From assembly GCA_902582385.1 (NCBI GenBank), contig CACHRX010000001.1, positions 24,134 to 88,133 of the forward strand: a DNA stretch of 64,000 nt, in the 5' to 3' direction. The translations under genes and the position numbers were made by a program. Shown here piece after piece: positions 9,248 to 21,567 of the stretch; position 1 is the first letter of the stretch; each line of letters opens with the position of its first letter. The stretch is from an uncultured Pelagibacteraceae bacterium. Its GTDB lineage: Bacteria; Pseudomonadota; Alphaproteobacteria; Pelagibacterales; Pelagibacteraceae. The notes beneath the pieces are model-generated. The model did no database searches and was not told the DNA's origin. It worked only from the letters and a program-made list of their open reading frames with translations.

Positions 9248-11913
9248 TAAGTCTTGTTTTTTTGCAATTCTGATTGAGCTGCAGCCAATCTAGCTATTGG
9301 AACTCTATAAGGAGAGCAAGAAATATAATTTAAACCTGTTTTAGAACAAAAATGAATACTCTTTGGATCACCTCCATGTTCTCCACAAATTCCTAATTTA
9401 ATTTTTTTATTTTGTTTTTTTCCTTTATTAACAGCTATTTCAATTAAATCTTTTACTCCTTCATCAATTGATATGAATGGATCTATAGAAAATATCTTAT
9501 TTTCAATATAATCATTTAAAAATTTTCCACTATCATCACGACTAATTCCAAAGGTTGTCTGAGTTAAATCATTAGTTCCAAAACTAAAAAATTCAGCATG
9601 CTTTGCTATATCCTCTGCTTTAATAGCTGCCCTAGGCAATTCAATCATTGTTCCAACTAAATAATCTACTTTTAAATTTTTCTCTTTTTCTACTTGTCTT
9701 GCAACTCTAATTACTAATTCTTTCATAATTTTAATCTCAGCTTCAGTTGAAACAAGTGGTATCATGATTTCTGGAAAAGCAAATTTCTGTTTACTCTTTT
9801 TCAATTCAGATAAGGCCTCAAAAATTGCTCGACATTGCATCTCGTAAATTTCTGGAAAAGAAATACCTAATCTACAACCTCTATGACCAAGCATTGGGTT
9901 TTGTTCATGTAGTTCTTCAATCCTAGAAATTACTTCCTTTACATCGGTTTCAACTACCTTAGCAACTTCTGAAATTTCTTTATCAGACTTAGGTAAAAAT
10001 TCATGTAAAGGTGGATCAAGTAATCTTACTGTTACAGGTAGACCATGCATAATCTTGAAAATTTCCATAAAATCTTTTTTTTGATGTGGTAAGAGTTTTT
10101 CTAGAGCTTTAGCTCTATCTTCTTGAGTTTTTGATAAAATCATTTCACGCACAGATAAAATTCTTTCTTCATCAAAAAACATATGTTCAGTTCTACAAAG
10201 ACCAATTCCTTCAGCACCGAAATCTCTTGCAGTTTTTGTATCTATTGGCGTTTCAGCGTTGGTTCTTACTTTTAATTTTCTTACTTTATCTGCCCAACTC
10301 ATTAATTTAGAAAAATCTCCTGAAATTTCAGGTTTAATTGTGGGTACCTCACCTAGAATAATTCTACCAGTAGAACCATCAATCGTTATAATATCACCTT
10401 CTTTTACTTCACACTTTAATGTTTTAAAAATTTTTTTTTCATAATTGATATCAATTTCACTAGATCCGGATACACAAGGTCTTCCCATTCCTCTAGCTAC
10501 TACAGCAGCGTGACTGGTCATGCCTCCCCTGGCAGTTAAAATGCCTTTTGCTGCATGCATACCCTGAATGTCCTCTGGGGAAGTTTCTACTCTAACTAAA
10601 ATCGTATCTTGCATCATAGCATTTAATCTTTCAGCTTCTTCAGATGTAAAAACTACTTTTCCACTCGCGGCCCCTGGCGAAGCAGGCAGTCCATTTCCAA
10701 TAACTTCAATCGAACTTTTTTCATTTAAAGTTGGATGGAGTAAGGTGTCTAAAGAATTAGGATCAATTCTTAAAATAGCTTCATTTTTAGAAATCAATTT
10801 CTCTTTAACCATTTCTACTGCAATCTTTACAGCTGACTTTGATGTTCTTTTACCTGAGCGGGTTTGAAGAATCCAAAGTTTATTATTTTCAACTGTAAAT
10901 TCTACATCTTGCATATCTTTATAATGTTTTTCCAATTTTTTTAAAATTTTGAATAATTCCCTGTAAACTTTTGGCATAGTTTCTTCCATAGATAATTCTT
11001 TTACTTTTGCATCTTTTTTAGCCTTTTCGGTTATGTATTGCGGTGTTCTAGTTCCAGCAACAACATCTTCTCCTTGGGCGTTAATTAAATACTCTCCGTA
11101 AATATTATTAGATCCATCTGAAGGATTCCTTGTGAAAACTACTCCCGTCGCACAATCATCTCCCATATTTCCAAATACCATTGATTGTACATTAACGGCT
11201 GTTCCCCATTCTGCAGGTATTTGATTCAATTTTCTATATATTTTTGCTCGATTACTTTCCCATGATAAGAAAACTGCTTCGATTGCACCAAGTAACTGTT
11301 GATAAACATCTTGAGGAAACTTTTGATTTGTTTTTTCTTTTACAGTATTTTTAAAGTCTTTTATCAGCCCATCCCAATCATCCTCATCTAGTTCAGTGTC
11401 AAGCAATACACCTTTTGTTAATTTGTAGTTTTCAATAAGATCCTCAAAATGGTAGTTCTCTACGCCCATAACTACATTGCTATACATTTGAATAAATCTT
11501 CTATAGCTATCTTTTGCAAATCTTCCATTTGATGTTTTATTTGCTAATGCAACCACAGTTTTATCATTCAATCCAAGATTTAAAATTGTATCCATCATAC
11601 CTGGCATAGAGACTCTTGCGCCAGATCTGACTGATAATAAAAGTGGGTTTCTTAAATCTCCAAATTTTTTAGATACATCCTTTTCTATTTTATTTAACTC
11701 CATTTTAATTTTTCCAATTAATTTTGGATTTAATTTTTTTTTATCTTTATAAAAAATTTCACAAACTTTAGTTGAAATTGTAAAACCAGGTGGAACTGGC
11801 AATCCCATTCTTCCCATTTCAGCCAGGTTTGCTCCTTTTCCACCCAAAAAATTTTTTGGATTCTTTATTTTTTTTGTCTCTTTTGATTTAAAGTTTAATA
11901 TTAACTTATTCAT
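9247..11913 (-). CDS. ppdK: Pyruvate, phosphate dikinase
   Basis: LGGKGANLAEM, GGMTSHAAVVARG phospho-His motif, GICGEHGGDP. Confidence 0.98.
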   Translation of the reverse strand: MNKLILNFKSKETKKIKNPKNFLGGKGANLAEMGRMGLPVPPGFTISTKVCEIFYKDKKKLNPKLIGKIKMELNKIEKDVSKKFGDLRNPLLLSVRSGARVSMPGMMDTILNLGLNDKTVVALANKTSNGRFAKDSYRRFIQMYSNVVMGVENYHFEDLIENYKLTKGVLLDTELDEDDWDGLIKDFKNTVKEKTNQKFPQDVYQQLLGAIEAVFLSWESNRAKIYRKLNQIPAEWGTAVNVQSMVFGNMGDDCATGVVFTRNPSDGSNNIYGEYLINAQGEDVVAGTRTPQYITEKAKKDAKVKELSMEETMPKVYRELFKILKKLEKHYKDMQDVEFTVENNKLWILQTRSGKRTSKSAVKIAVEMVKEKLISKNEAILRIDPNSLDTLLHPTLNEKSSIEVIGNGLPASPGAASGKVVFTSEEAERLNAMMQDTILVRVETSPEDIQGMHAAKGILTARGGMTSHAAVVARGMGRPCVSGSSEIDINYEKKIFKTLKCEVKEGDIITIDGSTGRIILGEVPTIKPEISGDFSKLMSWADKVRKLKVRTNAETPIDTKTARDFGAEGIGLCRTEHMFFDEERILSVREMILSKTQEDRAKALEKLLPHQKKDFMEIFKIMHGLPVTVRLLDPPLHEFLPKSDKEISEVAKVVETDVKEVISRIEELHEQNPMLGHRGCRLGISFPEIYEMQCRAIFEALSELKKSKQKFAFPEIMIPLVSTEAEIKIMKELVIRVARQVEKEKNLKVDYLVGTMIELPRAAIKAEDIAKHAEFFSFGTNDLTQTTFGISRDDSGKFLNDYIENKIFSIDPFISIDEGVKDLIEIAVNKGKKQNKKIKLGICGEHGGDPKSIHFCSKTGLNYISCSPYRVPIARLAAAQSELQKNKT

Positions 11914-13978
11914 TGTTCGCTTTTATTAATTGAAAATTTATAAAATTTTTAAAGGTTTTACATAACATATTTATAAGTTCCAATCTGTTTTTTCTTATAC
12001 TTTCATTTTCTTCATTTACTTTTACATTATCGAAAAACTCAAAAACTTCGCTTTTAGCACCTGCCAAAATTAACAAAGATTGTTCATAATTTTCATCATT
12101 ATTAATACTTAAATAATATTTTTGAATTTCACTTATTTTTTTAAACAAATTTTTTTCATAATCACTTTTAAAAATTCCAGGATCTACAGTATTTGTAATT
12201 TCAACTTCATTATTTATCATTTCATTTTCCAAGATATTTGAAGCTCTTCTATACGAAGAAGTGATATCAAGACCAATTTTATTATCAACAATCTGATTCA
12301 GACTTTTGGCTTTTTCAAATAATGAGAATAATTTATTCAATGAAAAGGATGAAACAGTTGCATCTATAATATCAAATCGAATTTGTTTTTCTTTACAATA
12401 GTATTTAAACCTATCCTTTAAAAAGTTGTGTAATTCATTTTGAAGATCTTTATTAATTAAACTATATCCCTGATCTTGATATAGATTTGCACAATAAATT
12501 AATAAATCATTTATTTTTAAATCTTTTTTATTCTCAATTACTATTCTTATAATACCTAAAGCAATTCTTCTAAGTGCAAAGGGATCTTTTGAACTAGAAG
12601 GCTTCTCATCAATTCCAAAAAATCCTATTAAAGTATCAATTTTATCTGTCAGAGATAATGCAACACTGAAAGGTTTTTTTGGAATTTTAGAATTAAGTCC
12701 TATGGGTAAATAGTGTTCTGTTATTGCTAATGATATATCTTTTTCAAATCCTTGATGAGCTGAGAAGTGTCCACCCATTATTCCCTGAAGTTCAGGAAAT
12801 TCTCCAACTAAATCTGAGATTAAATCAGTTTTACAAATGGATGCAGATAATTCCACTTTTTCTTTACTAATTAATAATTCATCTGAGATCATGCCACCTA
12901 ATTTTCTCATTCGTTGTACTTTATCAAAATATGTTCCTAAACCTTTAAAAAAACTTATTGACTTTAATGCAGATACTTTTTTTACTAAATTTTGAGTTTT
13001 ATCTTTGTTCCAGAAAAATTCAGCATCACTAAGTCTTGCATCTACAACTCTTTCATTTCCAATCTTAATTAATCCTTTTTGATCTTTTTTATTTGTTACA
13101 ATTAAAAATTCATTTGTTATTTCATTTTTATCATCAAAAGTAGGGAAGTATTTTTGGTGAGATTGCATGGTTAAAGTTAATATTTCTTTAGGTATAGATA
13201 AAAATTTTTTATCAAAATTACATAATAAAATATTGGGGTCATCAACTAAATTTATTACTTCATCAAATAGTCGAGGATTATCATCAATTGTAAGTTTTCT
13301 TTTATTTAATATTTTTTGAAATTCTCTACTTATAAACTTCTTTCTTTTATTTTGATCTACTATAGTTCCTTGTTTTTGAAAAAATTTTTCATAAGATTTA
13401 AAATCTTTAAAAATTTTTTTTTTGTCCTCGAAGTCTTTGTCGACATATGTTGAGTTTGAAGCAAGGATATGGTAAAAGTTAAAATTAACTATCTTAGTAT
13501 CAAACACTGATAAAATTGACTTTAATGGTCTTCCCCAATTAATATCAAATTCACCCCATTTCATTGATTTTCTCCACTGATGGCTCTTTAATAACTTTGG
13601 AATAGTACCAATCAATAAATCATGTGTTTTTAATTTTTTGGCTTTGGTTTGATAAAAAAAAAATTCACCTTTTTCAGTTTTTTTTTTGAATAAATCTTTT
13701 TTTTCTATTTCATTAGATCTCATAAAGCCTTCTACTGCTTTTTCTGGAGCATTTGTTTTAGGCCCTTTAATCTTTTCAGATAAAACTTTAATTTCTTTAT
13801 CTAAACCTTGAAAAACCAGAACTAATCTATTTGGTGTAGACAATGAAAAACTTTTTTTTGATTTAATTGATTTTTCAGAAAAAACTTTTTGAAACTCATG
13901 TAGAAGATTTTCACGTAAATTTTTTTGGAGACCTGGTGGTATTTCTTCACTAAATAGCTCTAAAAAAAATTCTGCCAT
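11906..13978 (-). CDS. glyS: Glycyl-tRNA synthetase beta subunit
   Basis: ELFSEEIP, MKWG, HQKYF, EFPELQG, SKDPFALRR; start set at MAEFF. Confidence 0.96.
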   Translation of the reverse strand: MAEFFLELFSEEIPPGLQKNLRENLLHEFQKVFSEKSIKSKKSFSLSTPNRLVLVFQGLDKEIKVLSEKIKGPKTNAPEKAVEGFMRSNEIEKKDLFKKKTEKGEFFFYQTKAKKLKTHDLLIGTIPKLLKSHQWRKSMKWGEFDINWGRPLKSILSVFDTKIVNFNFYHILASNSTYVDKDFEDKKKIFKDFKSYEKFFQKQGTIVDQNKRKKFISREFQKILNKRKLTIDDNPRLFDEVINLVDDPNILLCNFDKKFLSIPKEILTLTMQSHQKYFPTFDDKNEITNEFLIVTNKKDQKGLIKIGNERVVDARLSDAEFFWNKDKTQNLVKKVSALKSISFFKGLGTYFDKVQRMRKLGGMISDELLISKEKVELSASICKTDLISDLVGEFPELQGIMGGHFSAHQGFEKDISLAITEHYLPIGLNSKIPKKPFSVALSLTDKIDTLIGFFGIDEKPSSSKDPFALRRIALGIIRIVIENKKDLKINDLLIYCANLYQDQGYSLINKDLQNELHNFLKDRFKYYCKEKQIRFDIIDATVSSFSLNKLFSLFEKAKSLNQIVDNKIGLDITSSYRRASNILENEMINNEVEITNTVDPGIFKSDYEKNLFKKISEIQKYYLSINNDENYEQSLLILAGAKSEVFEFFDNVKVNEENESIRKNRLELINMLCKTFKNFINFQLIKANNE

Positions 13979-13979
13979 T

Positions 13980-14861
13980 TTATTGCTGAGTATCAACCCA
14001 GATTGCTGCTGCTGACTTTGTAATTTCTCTTATTCTTCCGATATACTCTGCTCTCTGAGCGACACTGATAGCGCCTCTAGCATCCAATATATTAAATATG
14101 TGGCTTGCTTTTAAACATTGATCATAAGCTGGTAAAGATATTTTTTTTTCAACTAAAGATCTTGCCTCATTTTCAAAAAAATTAAACATTTTAAAAAGAT
14201 TTTCTACATTCGCATACTCAAAATTATATGCAGAAAATTCTTTTTCGGATTGATAAAAAACTTCTCGATACTCTATATCTTCATTATTCCAAATTAAATC
14301 ATAAACATTCTTTTTTTGTTGGGTGAACATACAAATTCTTTCTAATCCATAGGTGATTTCTACAGATACTGGTTTACATTCGAAACCAGCCATTTGTTGA
14401 AAATAAGTAAATTGAGTAATTTCCATACCATCGCACCAAACTTCCCAACCAAGTCCAGCTGCTCCTAAAGTTGGACTTTCCCAATCATCCTCTACAAATC
14501 TAATATCATGGTTCTTATGATCAATACCAATTACAGATAAGCTATTTAAATAAAGTTTTTTTATATTTACTGGAGAAGGTTTAATTATAACTTGAAATTG
14601 ATAATAGTGTTGTAGTCTATTTGGATTATTTCCATATCTACCATCAGTTGGTCTTCTAGAGGGTTGAACATAGGCTGCTTTCCATGGTTTAGGTCCAAGA
14701 GATCTTAAAGTTGTTGCTGGATGAAATGTTCCTGCTCCAACCTCCATATCATAAGGTTGTAAGATTATACATCCCTGTTTGCTCCAAAACTTTTGTAAAT
14801 TTAAAATTGTATCTTGGAAAGTTTGAAATTTTACTTTTTTTTTACTTTTTTTAGAGACCAT
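13980..14861 (-). CDS. glyQ: Glycyl-tRNA synthetase alpha subunit
   Basis: [34 protein letters not shown]; start set at MVSKK. Confidence 0.97.
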   Translation of the reverse strand: MVSKKSKKKVKFQTFQDTILNLQKFWSKQGCIILQPYDMEVGAGTFHPATTLRSLGPKPWKAAYVQPSRRPTDGRYGNNPNRLQHYYQFQVIIKPSPVNIKKLYLNSLSVIGIDHKNHDIRFVEDDWESPTLGAAGLGWEVWCDGMEITQFTYFQQMAGFECKPVSVEITYGLERICMFTQQKKNVYDLIWNNEDIEYREVFYQSEKEFSAYNFEYANVENLFKMFNFFENEARSLVEKKISLPAYDQCLKASHIFNILDARGAISVAQRAEYIGRIREITKSAAAIWVDTQQ

Positions 14862-15657
14862 ATCTTTGCCAGACAGATTTTTCATCTAATATATTTGCAA
14901 GCTGATCAACATGATCATTTGACGATGAAAGTTTTTTGCTCAACCAACCTTTTGATTTTTCAAATTTTTTGATTACCACATCTTCTCCAAATTTTTCTCT
15001 CAATACTTGAGTGGCATCTCCAACATCATCTATTAAACCAAGATCTTTAGCTTTTCTACCAGACCAAAACTCTCCTGAAAATAGTTCAACTTCTGATTTT
15101 TTAAGTTTAGAGCCTCTACTTCTTTCAACCACTTCAATGAAATCTTTATGAAGATCCAATTGAATATTTTTAAGCCTTTCTATGTCCTCTTTTTTTTCAT
15201 CAAGAAAGGGATCTAGTGTACTTTTGTTTTTACCAGCAGTATGAATTCTTCTCTCAACTCCAATTTTTTTAATAAGTTCTGTAAAACCAAAAGAAGAATA
15301 AATTACACCTATAGAGCCAATAATCGAACTAGAATTAGCATATATCTCATCACCAGCACATGCAATTAGATAACCACCTGAAGCAGCAACATCTTCAGCA
15401 AAAACAATTACTTTTCTTTTTTTCTTTTTTGCTAATTGTCTTATAAAATTATAAATGAGATGTGATTGAACAGGAGATCCTCCAGGTGAATTTATAGTGA
15501 TTGCTACACAAGGTGCTTTTTTTACTGAAAAAGCTTTTGAAATAATCTCTTCTTGACCCGAAAAATCTATACCTTGCTTAAATTTACCAACATTTCCAAT
15601 TACACCGCTTAATTTAATATGTGGTATAATTTTTTTCTTTTTTAAAAAAGATAACAT
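14851..15657 (-). CDS. S49-family peptidase (SppA/SohB-like)
   Basis: [30 protein letters not shown]. Confidence 0.9.
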   Translation of the reverse strand: MLSFLKKKKIIPHIKLSGVIGNVGKFKQGIDFSGQEEIISKAFSVKKAPCVAITINSPGGSPVQSHLIYNFIRQLAKKKKRKVIVFAEDVAASGGYLIACAGDEIYANSSSIIGSIGVIYSSFGFTELIKKIGVERRIHTAGKNKSTLDPFLDEKKEDIERLKNIQLDLHKDFIEVVERSRGSKLKKSEVELFSGEFWSGRKAKDLGLIDDVGDATQVLREKFGEDVVIKKFEKSKGWLSKKLSSSNDHVDQLANILDEKSVWQRYGL

Positions 15658-15772
15658 TTTTAACCTTTATAGAATTTTTAAATGAATATAAAGACACCTT
15701 ATAATTGAAGTTTTGGGTGCGTCAATTGATAAGTAATAAATATAAACTTATTATACTAGGTTGTTCACACAG

Positions 15773-16786
15773 ATGGGAACCGTAGTTCAGCTAAAAAATC
15801 AAATAAATAATTCTTACTTTCAACTCAAAGACTCAGTTGAAGATAAATTGTTATTAGTAGAGGAGAAAATAAAATCAAAACTAACAAGTGAAGTCGAATT
15901 GGTTCAAAAAATGACAGATTACCATCTTAAGACAGGAGGTAAAAAATTAAGAGCATTATTAACTCTTGGTTCTGCTAAAATGTGCAAATATTCAAAGGGT
16001 ACTAGAGATATAAATTTAGCTGCATGCGTTGAATTAATTCATGCTGCAACATTAATGCATGACGATGTAATCGATAATGGTTCAGTTAGAAGGGGAAAAA
16101 AAACATTAAATAAAATTTGGGATAACCATTCATCTGTATTGGTAGGAGATTATTTGCTAAGTAGATGTTTTGAAATGATGGTGGAAGACGGAAATTTAGA
16201 AGTTTTAAAATTACTATCATCTACATCTTCTAAGATTGCCCAAGGTGAAGTTTTACAACTCCAACACCAAGGCGAGGTTGATATGTTAGAAGAAACATAT
16301 CTTAAGATCATTTCAGCTAAAACTGCAGAATTATTTGCAGCAGCTACTAAAGTTGGGGCTATATTATCTAACATGAAAAATAAAGAAAAAGAAGCATTAG
16401 AATTCTACGGAAGAAATCTTGGTTTAACATTTCAAATTGCTGATGACACATTGGATTATAATTCAGAACTAAAATTATTTGGGAAAAAAATTGGACAAGA
16501 TTTTTATGAGGGAAAAATTACATTGCCAATAATCTTATTGTTTCAGAAAGCAAATGATCAAGAAAAAGAAAAACTCAAAAATATATTTTCTAAAGATAAA
16601 AGATCTGATGATGATTTAAATTACACTTTAACTTTAATTAAAAAAAATAATATAATTAAAGCTTGTTATCTTAAGGCTCAACATTATATCAATTTAGCCT
16701 CTAATTCTTTATCAGTATTTGATGATTGTGAAGAAAAAAATATTCTTGAAAATTTAACTTCATTCAGTTTATCAAGAAACTTCTAA
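15773..16786 (+). CDS. ispB: Long-chain polyprenyl diphosphate synthase
   Basis: GGKKLR, LMHDDVID, FQIADDTLD; start set at MGTVV. Confidence 0.9.
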   Translation: MGTVVQLKNQINNSYFQLKDSVEDKLLLVEEKIKSKLTSEVELVQKMTDYHLKTGGKKLRALLTLGSAKMCKYSKGTRDINLAACVELIHAATLMHDDVIDNGSVRRGKKTLNKIWDNHSSVLVGDYLLSRCFEMMVEDGNLEVLKLLSSTSSKIAQGEVLQLQHQGEVDMLEETYLKIISAKTAELFAAATKVGAILSNMKNKEKEALEFYGRNLGLTFQIADDTLDYNSELKLFGKKIGQDFYEGKITLPIILLFQKANDQEKEKLKNIFSKDKRSDDDLNYTLTLIKKNNIIKACYLKAQHYINLASNSLSVFDDCEEKNILENLTSFSLSRNF

Positions 16787-17409
16787 GGGCTTAAAAGACT
16801 TTTAATCCAATTATTATTTTTATCTAAAGAATATTTCAACCTTTCGTGTATTCTATTATCTCCATCTAACCAAAATTCAATACTTTTTGGTTTTAAATTC
16901 CAGCCTGACCAATGATCTGGTCTTGGAACATTATCTTTGTCATTGTATTTTTTTTTATAATCTTCTAAAGAATTTAAAAGTTCTTCTCTTGATTTTAAAA
17001 TACTACTTTGTTTGGAGGCCCAAGCTCCTATTCTGCTTTCATAAGCTCGTGTATTAAAATAATCATCAGCTGTTTTATCGTCTACTTGACTCAAAGTCCC
17101 AACTATTCTTATTTGTCTTAATAAACTTTTCCAATGAAAACACATTGATGCATTAGGATTTTCTTTTATTTCATTTCCCTTTTGACTATTTAAGTTTGTG
17201 TAAAAAACAAATCCATTTTTATCAAAACCTTTTAAAAGAACCATTCTTACTGATGGGACACCTTTTTTATTAGAGGTTCCTAAAGCTAAGGCATTAGGAT
17301 CATTTATCTCTTTCTTTTTGGCCTCTGAAAACCATTTTTCAAATAATTTAAATGGATCGTCAAGATCCAGAAAGCATTTATTAAGCCCTGATGAGTTTTT
17401 TTCATTCAT
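16783..17409 (-). CDS. pdxH: Pyridoxamine 5'-phosphate oxidase
   Basis: RMVLLK, FYTNLNSQKG, RQIRI, PRPDHWSG, EFW...RIHER. Confidence 0.96.
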   Translation of the reverse strand: MNEKNSSGLNKCFLDLDDPFKLFEKWFSEAKKKEINDPNALALGTSNKKGVPSVRMVLLKGFDKNGFVFYTNLNSQKGNEIKENPNASMCFHWKSLLRQIRIVGTLSQVDDKTADDYFNTRAYESRIGAWASKQSSILKSREELLNSLEDYKKKYNDKDNVPRPDHWSGWNLKPKSIEFWLDGDNRIHERLKYSLDKNNNWIKSLLSP

Positions 17410-17442
17410 AATTTAAACAAAATAATCTATATAATATAAATA

Positions 17443-18525
17443 ATGTCATTTAATACTTTTGGAAAGTTTTTTCGTTTCACAACCTGGGGAGAGTCTCATG
17501 GCCCTGCTATTGGCTGTATAATTGATGGTTGCCCCCCTTTAGTGCAACTAAAAGAGCAAGATATTCAAAAAGAATTAGATAAAAGAAAACCTGGGCAATC
17601 AAAATTTACAACCCAAAGAAAAGAGAGTGATAAAGTTCAAATTCTCTCAGGAGTATTTGAGGGCAAAACGACTGGAACACCCATATGCCTAATAATTTAT
17701 AACGAAGATATGCGATCAAAGGATTACAAAAATATTAAAGATAAATTTAGACCAGGTCATGCAGATTTTACATATTTTAAGAAATATGGAATAAGAGATT
17801 ATAGAGGAGGAGGTAGATCTTCTGCTCGAGAAACAGCTGCAAGGGTCGCTGCTGGTGCAATAGCTAAAAAAGTTTTAGAGAAAAAATTAGGTAAAAAATT
17901 TAAAATATCAGCCGCTGTTACCCAATTAGGTATTCTTGGTTGTGATACATCAAAATGGAACGATAAAATAATTTACAAAAATCCATTTTTTTGCCCTGAT
18001 AAATCTATGTTAAAAATATGGGAAAAATATCTATTGAGTATAAGAAAAGCAGGTTCCTCTTGTGGAGCAATAATTGAAGTAAGAGCTAATGGGATACCTG
18101 CTGGTTTAGGGGCTCCAATTTATTCAAAACTAGATTCAGACATTGCTTCCGCCATGATGAGTATAAATGCAGTTAAAGGAGTTAATATTGGTTCTGGAAT
18201 GAATTCGGCTCAATTATCTGGTGAGGAAAATTCAGATGAAATTTCACAAAACAAAAAAAAAATGAAATTTGCTTCAAACAATGCAGGTGGAATTCTTGGT
18301 GGTATTTCATCTGGGCAAGAAATAGTTGTATCATTCGCTGTCAAACCTACTTCTTCGATTTTAAAAAGTAGAAAAACAATTAATAAGTTTGGAAAAAATA
18401 CTACAATATCTGTAAAAGGTAGGCATGACCCTTGTGTAGGAATAAGAGCAGTACCAGTTGGAGAAGCTATGCTTTCATGTGTATTATTAGATCATTATCT
18501 TATGAACAAAGGACAATGCGGTTAA
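17443..18525 (+). CDS. aroC: Chorismate synthase
   Basis: [36 protein letters not shown]. Confidence 0.98.
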   Translation: MSFNTFGKFFRFTTWGESHGPAIGCIIDGCPPLVQLKEQDIQKELDKRKPGQSKFTTQRKESDKVQILSGVFEGKTTGTPICLIIYNEDMRSKDYKNIKDKFRPGHADFTYFKKYGIRDYRGGGRSSARETAARVAAGAIAKKVLEKKLGKKFKISAAVTQLGILGCDTSKWNDKIIYKNPFFCPDKSMLKIWEKYLLSIRKAGSSCGAIIEVRANGIPAGLGAPIYSKLDSDIASAMMSINAVKGVNIGSGMNSAQLSGEENSDEISQNKKKMKFASNNAGGILGGISSGQEIVVSFAVKPTSSILKSRKTINKFGKNTTISVKGRHDPCVGIRAVPVGEAMLSCVLLDHYLMNKGQCG

Positions 18526-18529
18526 GATA

Positions 18530-20443
18530 TTATTTTTGTTTTTGCAAAATAATATTAGAATTCAATACATCTAAAACTTTTTCTTCAATTGAGCCAGAAT
18601 CTAGGTTAGCAATTTTATACATATTTTCAGGTGTATCCTGATCGATAAAAATATCTGGAAGTGTCAATGATCTAAATTTCAAATTGGTATCCATTAATCC
18701 TTTTTTTGATAAAAAATTAATTACATGTGATCCAAAACCTCCTATAGATCCTTCTTCTATAGTCATTATTGCTTCGTGAGTAGTAGCTAATTGCCAAATT
18801 AGATTTTCATCTAAAGGTTTTGCAAATCTTGCATCCACTATAGTTATATCAACTCCTTTTTTTTTTAATCTTTCTGAGGCTTTTAATACTTCATTAAGTC
18901 TTGCTCCAAAATTTAAGATAGCTAATTTTTTCCCCTCTTGAATAATTTTTGATTTTCCTATCTCTATCTTTTCGTCAATCGATGGCAAAGTTGATCCTAA
19001 ACCAGTTCCTCTAGGATATCTAAATGCACATGGTCTATCATTAATTACTGTTGAAGTGTTTATCATTTTTACTAATTCAGCTTCATCACTTGCAGCCATA
19101 ACTACAAAATTTGGTAATGTTGATAAATAAGTTGTATCAAAACTACCTGCATGAGTAGGTCCATCTGCTCCAACCAGTCCAGCTCTGTCAATTGCAAATC
19201 TTACAGGTAAACATTGAATTGCTACATCATGGACTACTTGATCGTAAGCTCTCTGTAGAAAAGTTGAATAAATTGCTGCATAAGGTTTATAGTTTTCAGT
19301 TGCTAAACCTGCTGCAAATGTAACAGCATGCTGTTCCGCAATACCTACATCAAAGGTTCTTTCCGGAAATTCTTTTTTAAAAATATCTAGACCTGTGCCG
19401 TCGGGCATTGCGGCAGTTATTGCAACTATTTTGCTATCTTTTTTTGCGTGCTGAACTAAAGTATTAGCAAACACCTTTGTGTATGATGGTGATTTACTTG
19501 AACTTTTAGATTGTTCACCAGTCTTAATATTAAATTTAGATACTCCATGGTAATTATCTTTTGCTACTTCCGCAAATGAATAACCTTTGCCTTTTTTTGT
19601 TTTAATATGAATTAGAATAGGCCCTTCGTGTTTTGAGTCCCTTGCATTCTTCAAAATTGGAATTAAAGAATTTAAATCATGTCCATCTATTGGGCCGATA
19701 TAATAGAATCCAAGCGAGCTAAATAAAGTTCCACCTGTTACAGCTGATCTTAGTAAATCCTCAGCTTTACCAGCTTTTGCACTAAATCTTTTTGAAAATG
19801 CAGATGTAATAAGTTTAATGGTTTCTCTTAAACTAAAATAAATTTTACCTGAAAAAATTTTAGCTAAATATGTTCCCATAGCTCCAACTGGCCTAGCAAT
19901 CGACATATCATTATCATTCAATATGACAATCATTTTAGTTTTTGAGGCACCAGCGTTATTCATAGCCTCATAAGCCATACCTGCACTAATAGCCCCATCA
20001 CCTATTACAGCAACTACGCTATCAGTTTTGTTTGATAGTCTATTTGCCTCGGCAATCCCTAATGCAGAGGATATTGATGTTGAACTGTGTGCTGCACCAA
20101 AAGTGTCATATTCACTTTCTGCTCTTTTTGTAAAACCAGACAAGCCATTACCTTGTCTTAATGTTCTAATTCTATCTTTTCTTCCTGTTAAAATTTTGTG
20201 TGGATAACATTGATGCCCAACGTCCCATATAAGTTTATCACTAGGTGTATCAAAAATATAATGAAGAGCGACAGTAAGCTCTACAACTCCAAGACTTGCT
20301 CCCAAGTGACCACCAGTAACTGATACTGCATCAATCATCTCCTCTCTTAACTCATCAGCTACTTTTTGTAATTTTGACTCAGAGATTTTTTTTAAATCTG
20401 AGGGAAAATTAATTTGATCTAAAAGTTCGTATTTTTTTTTCAT
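18530..20443 (-). CDS. dxs: 1-deoxy-D-xylulose-5-phosphate synthase
   Basis: [23 protein letters not shown]...NDN, IAEQHA, DGPTH. Confidence 0.98.
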   Translation of the reverse strand: MKKKYELLDQINFPSDLKKISESKLQKVADELREEMIDAVSVTGGHLGASLGVVELTVALHYIFDTPSDKLIWDVGHQCYPHKILTGRKDRIRTLRQGNGLSGFTKRAESEYDTFGAAHSSTSISSALGIAEANRLSNKTDSVVAVIGDGAISAGMAYEAMNNAGASKTKMIVILNDNDMSIARPVGAMGTYLAKIFSGKIYFSLRETIKLITSAFSKRFSAKAGKAEDLLRSAVTGGTLFSSLGFYYIGPIDGHDLNSLIPILKNARDSKHEGPILIHIKTKKGKGYSFAEVAKDNYHGVSKFNIKTGEQSKSSSKSPSYTKVFANTLVQHAKKDSKIVAITAAMPDGTGLDIFKKEFPERTFDVGIAEQHAVTFAAGLATENYKPYAAIYSTFLQRAYDQVVHDVAIQCLPVRFAIDRAGLVGADGPTHAGSFDTTYLSTLPNFVVMAASDEAELVKMINTSTVINDRPCAFRYPRGTGLGSTLPSIDEKIEIGKSKIIQEGKKLAILNFGARLNEVLKASERLKKKGVDITIVDARFAKPLDENLIWQLATTHEAIMTIEEGSIGGFGSHVINFLSKKGLMDTNLKFRSLTLPDIFIDQDTPENMYKIANLDSGSIEEKVLDVLNSNIILQKQK

Positions 20444-21312
20444 TTATTTCTATTTAGAATGTATTCTAGTGTTTTTGAAAGATTTTTTGACTTTGATCCA
20501 TATTTTTTTAATTTATTATTTATTTTTAAAATTAACTTATTAGCATATTTAATAGTATTTTTATATCCTAGTAAACTAATTAGGGTTGCTTTACCCTTTT
20601 TTTTATCTTTTCCAGTTTTTTTTCCTGCAGCTGATGAGCTTCCTTTGTAGTCAATTAAATCATCTGCGACTTGAAATAATAATCCAATATCTGCTCCTAT
20701 ATTTTCAAATTTTTGAATTTCTTTTTTACTTCTATTTTTAAGAATTAATGGAGCAACACAACAAAAACTAAAAAGTTTTCCTGTTTTTTTTATTTCCATC
20801 TCAATAATTCTTTTCTTTGAAATTTTTTTATGTTCAAAACTCAAGTCTAAATATTGACCACCAGCTATACCAAGATGTCCCGAACTTACAGAAATTTTAT
20901 TAATTAAATTAATCTTAGTTTTTTCAGAGATATTTAATTCTCTGTGACTTAAAATTTCAAAAGCCATAGTTAAAAGTGAGTTACCAGCTAAAACTGCTGT
21001 CGACTCTCCAAATTTAATATGTGTCGAAGGTTTGCCTCTTCTTATTAAGTCGTTGTCCATACAAGGAAGATCATCATGTATTAATGAATATGCATGTATG
21101 CATTCAACTGCTGAGCCTATGATGATTAATGATCTATATTTCAAATTAAACAAAGATCCAATATCAATCAAAATTTTCGATCTTATTTTTTTGCCCCCTG
21201 AAAATAAACCATATTGCATAGGTATAATTAGTTCAGATTTTTTTTGCTTTTTAATAAAACTTCTTAAAAATAAATTTGTATCTATTGCTATTTTATTTAA
21301 TTTTTTTTGCAT
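20440..21312 (-). CDS. ispA: Farnesyl diphosphate synthase
   Basis: [22 protein letters not shown]; xseB-ispA-dxs order. Confidence 0.93.
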   Translation of the reverse strand: MQKKLNKIAIDTNLFLRSFIKKQKKSELIIPMQYGLFSGGKKIRSKILIDIGSLFNLKYRSLIIIGSAVECIHAYSLIHDDLPCMDNDLIRRGKPSTHIKFGESTAVLAGNSLLTMAFEILSHRELNISEKTKINLINKISVSSGHLGIAGGQYLDLSFEHKKISKKRIIEMEIKKTGKLFSFCCVAPLILKNRSKKEIQKFENIGADIGLLFQVADDLIDYKGSSSAAGKKTGKDKKKGKATLISLLGYKNTIKYANKLILKINNKLKKYGSKSKNLSKTLEYILNRNK

Positions 21313-21547
21313 TCCTTTTAGATGTGATTTTTAAAATATTTTCTTTCGTTTTTTCATTGATATTTTTAACACCTTTTTGAAATTTTTTTTCAATGATATT
21401 ATTAAGTTTTAATAAATATTGATAATTTTCAATAGAATTTTCTAAATCTTTTTGATTTTCCAAATCCTCAATCATTCTATTTGCCTCATTGGTTAATTCC
21501 TCAAGAGATAAAGAGTTATAATCATTTGGTAAATTTTTATCTTTCAT
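21293..21547 (-). CDS. xseB: Exonuclease VII small subunit (divergent)
   Basis: LSLEE...LE...LENSIENY helical pattern; canonical position before ispA. Confidence 0.72.
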   Translation of the reverse strand: MKDKNLPNDYNSLSLEELTNEANRMIEDLENQKDLENSIENYQYLLKLNNIIEKKFQKGVKNINEKTKENILKITSKRNAKKIK

Positions 21548-21567
21548 ATAATACTCTCAGATAATAC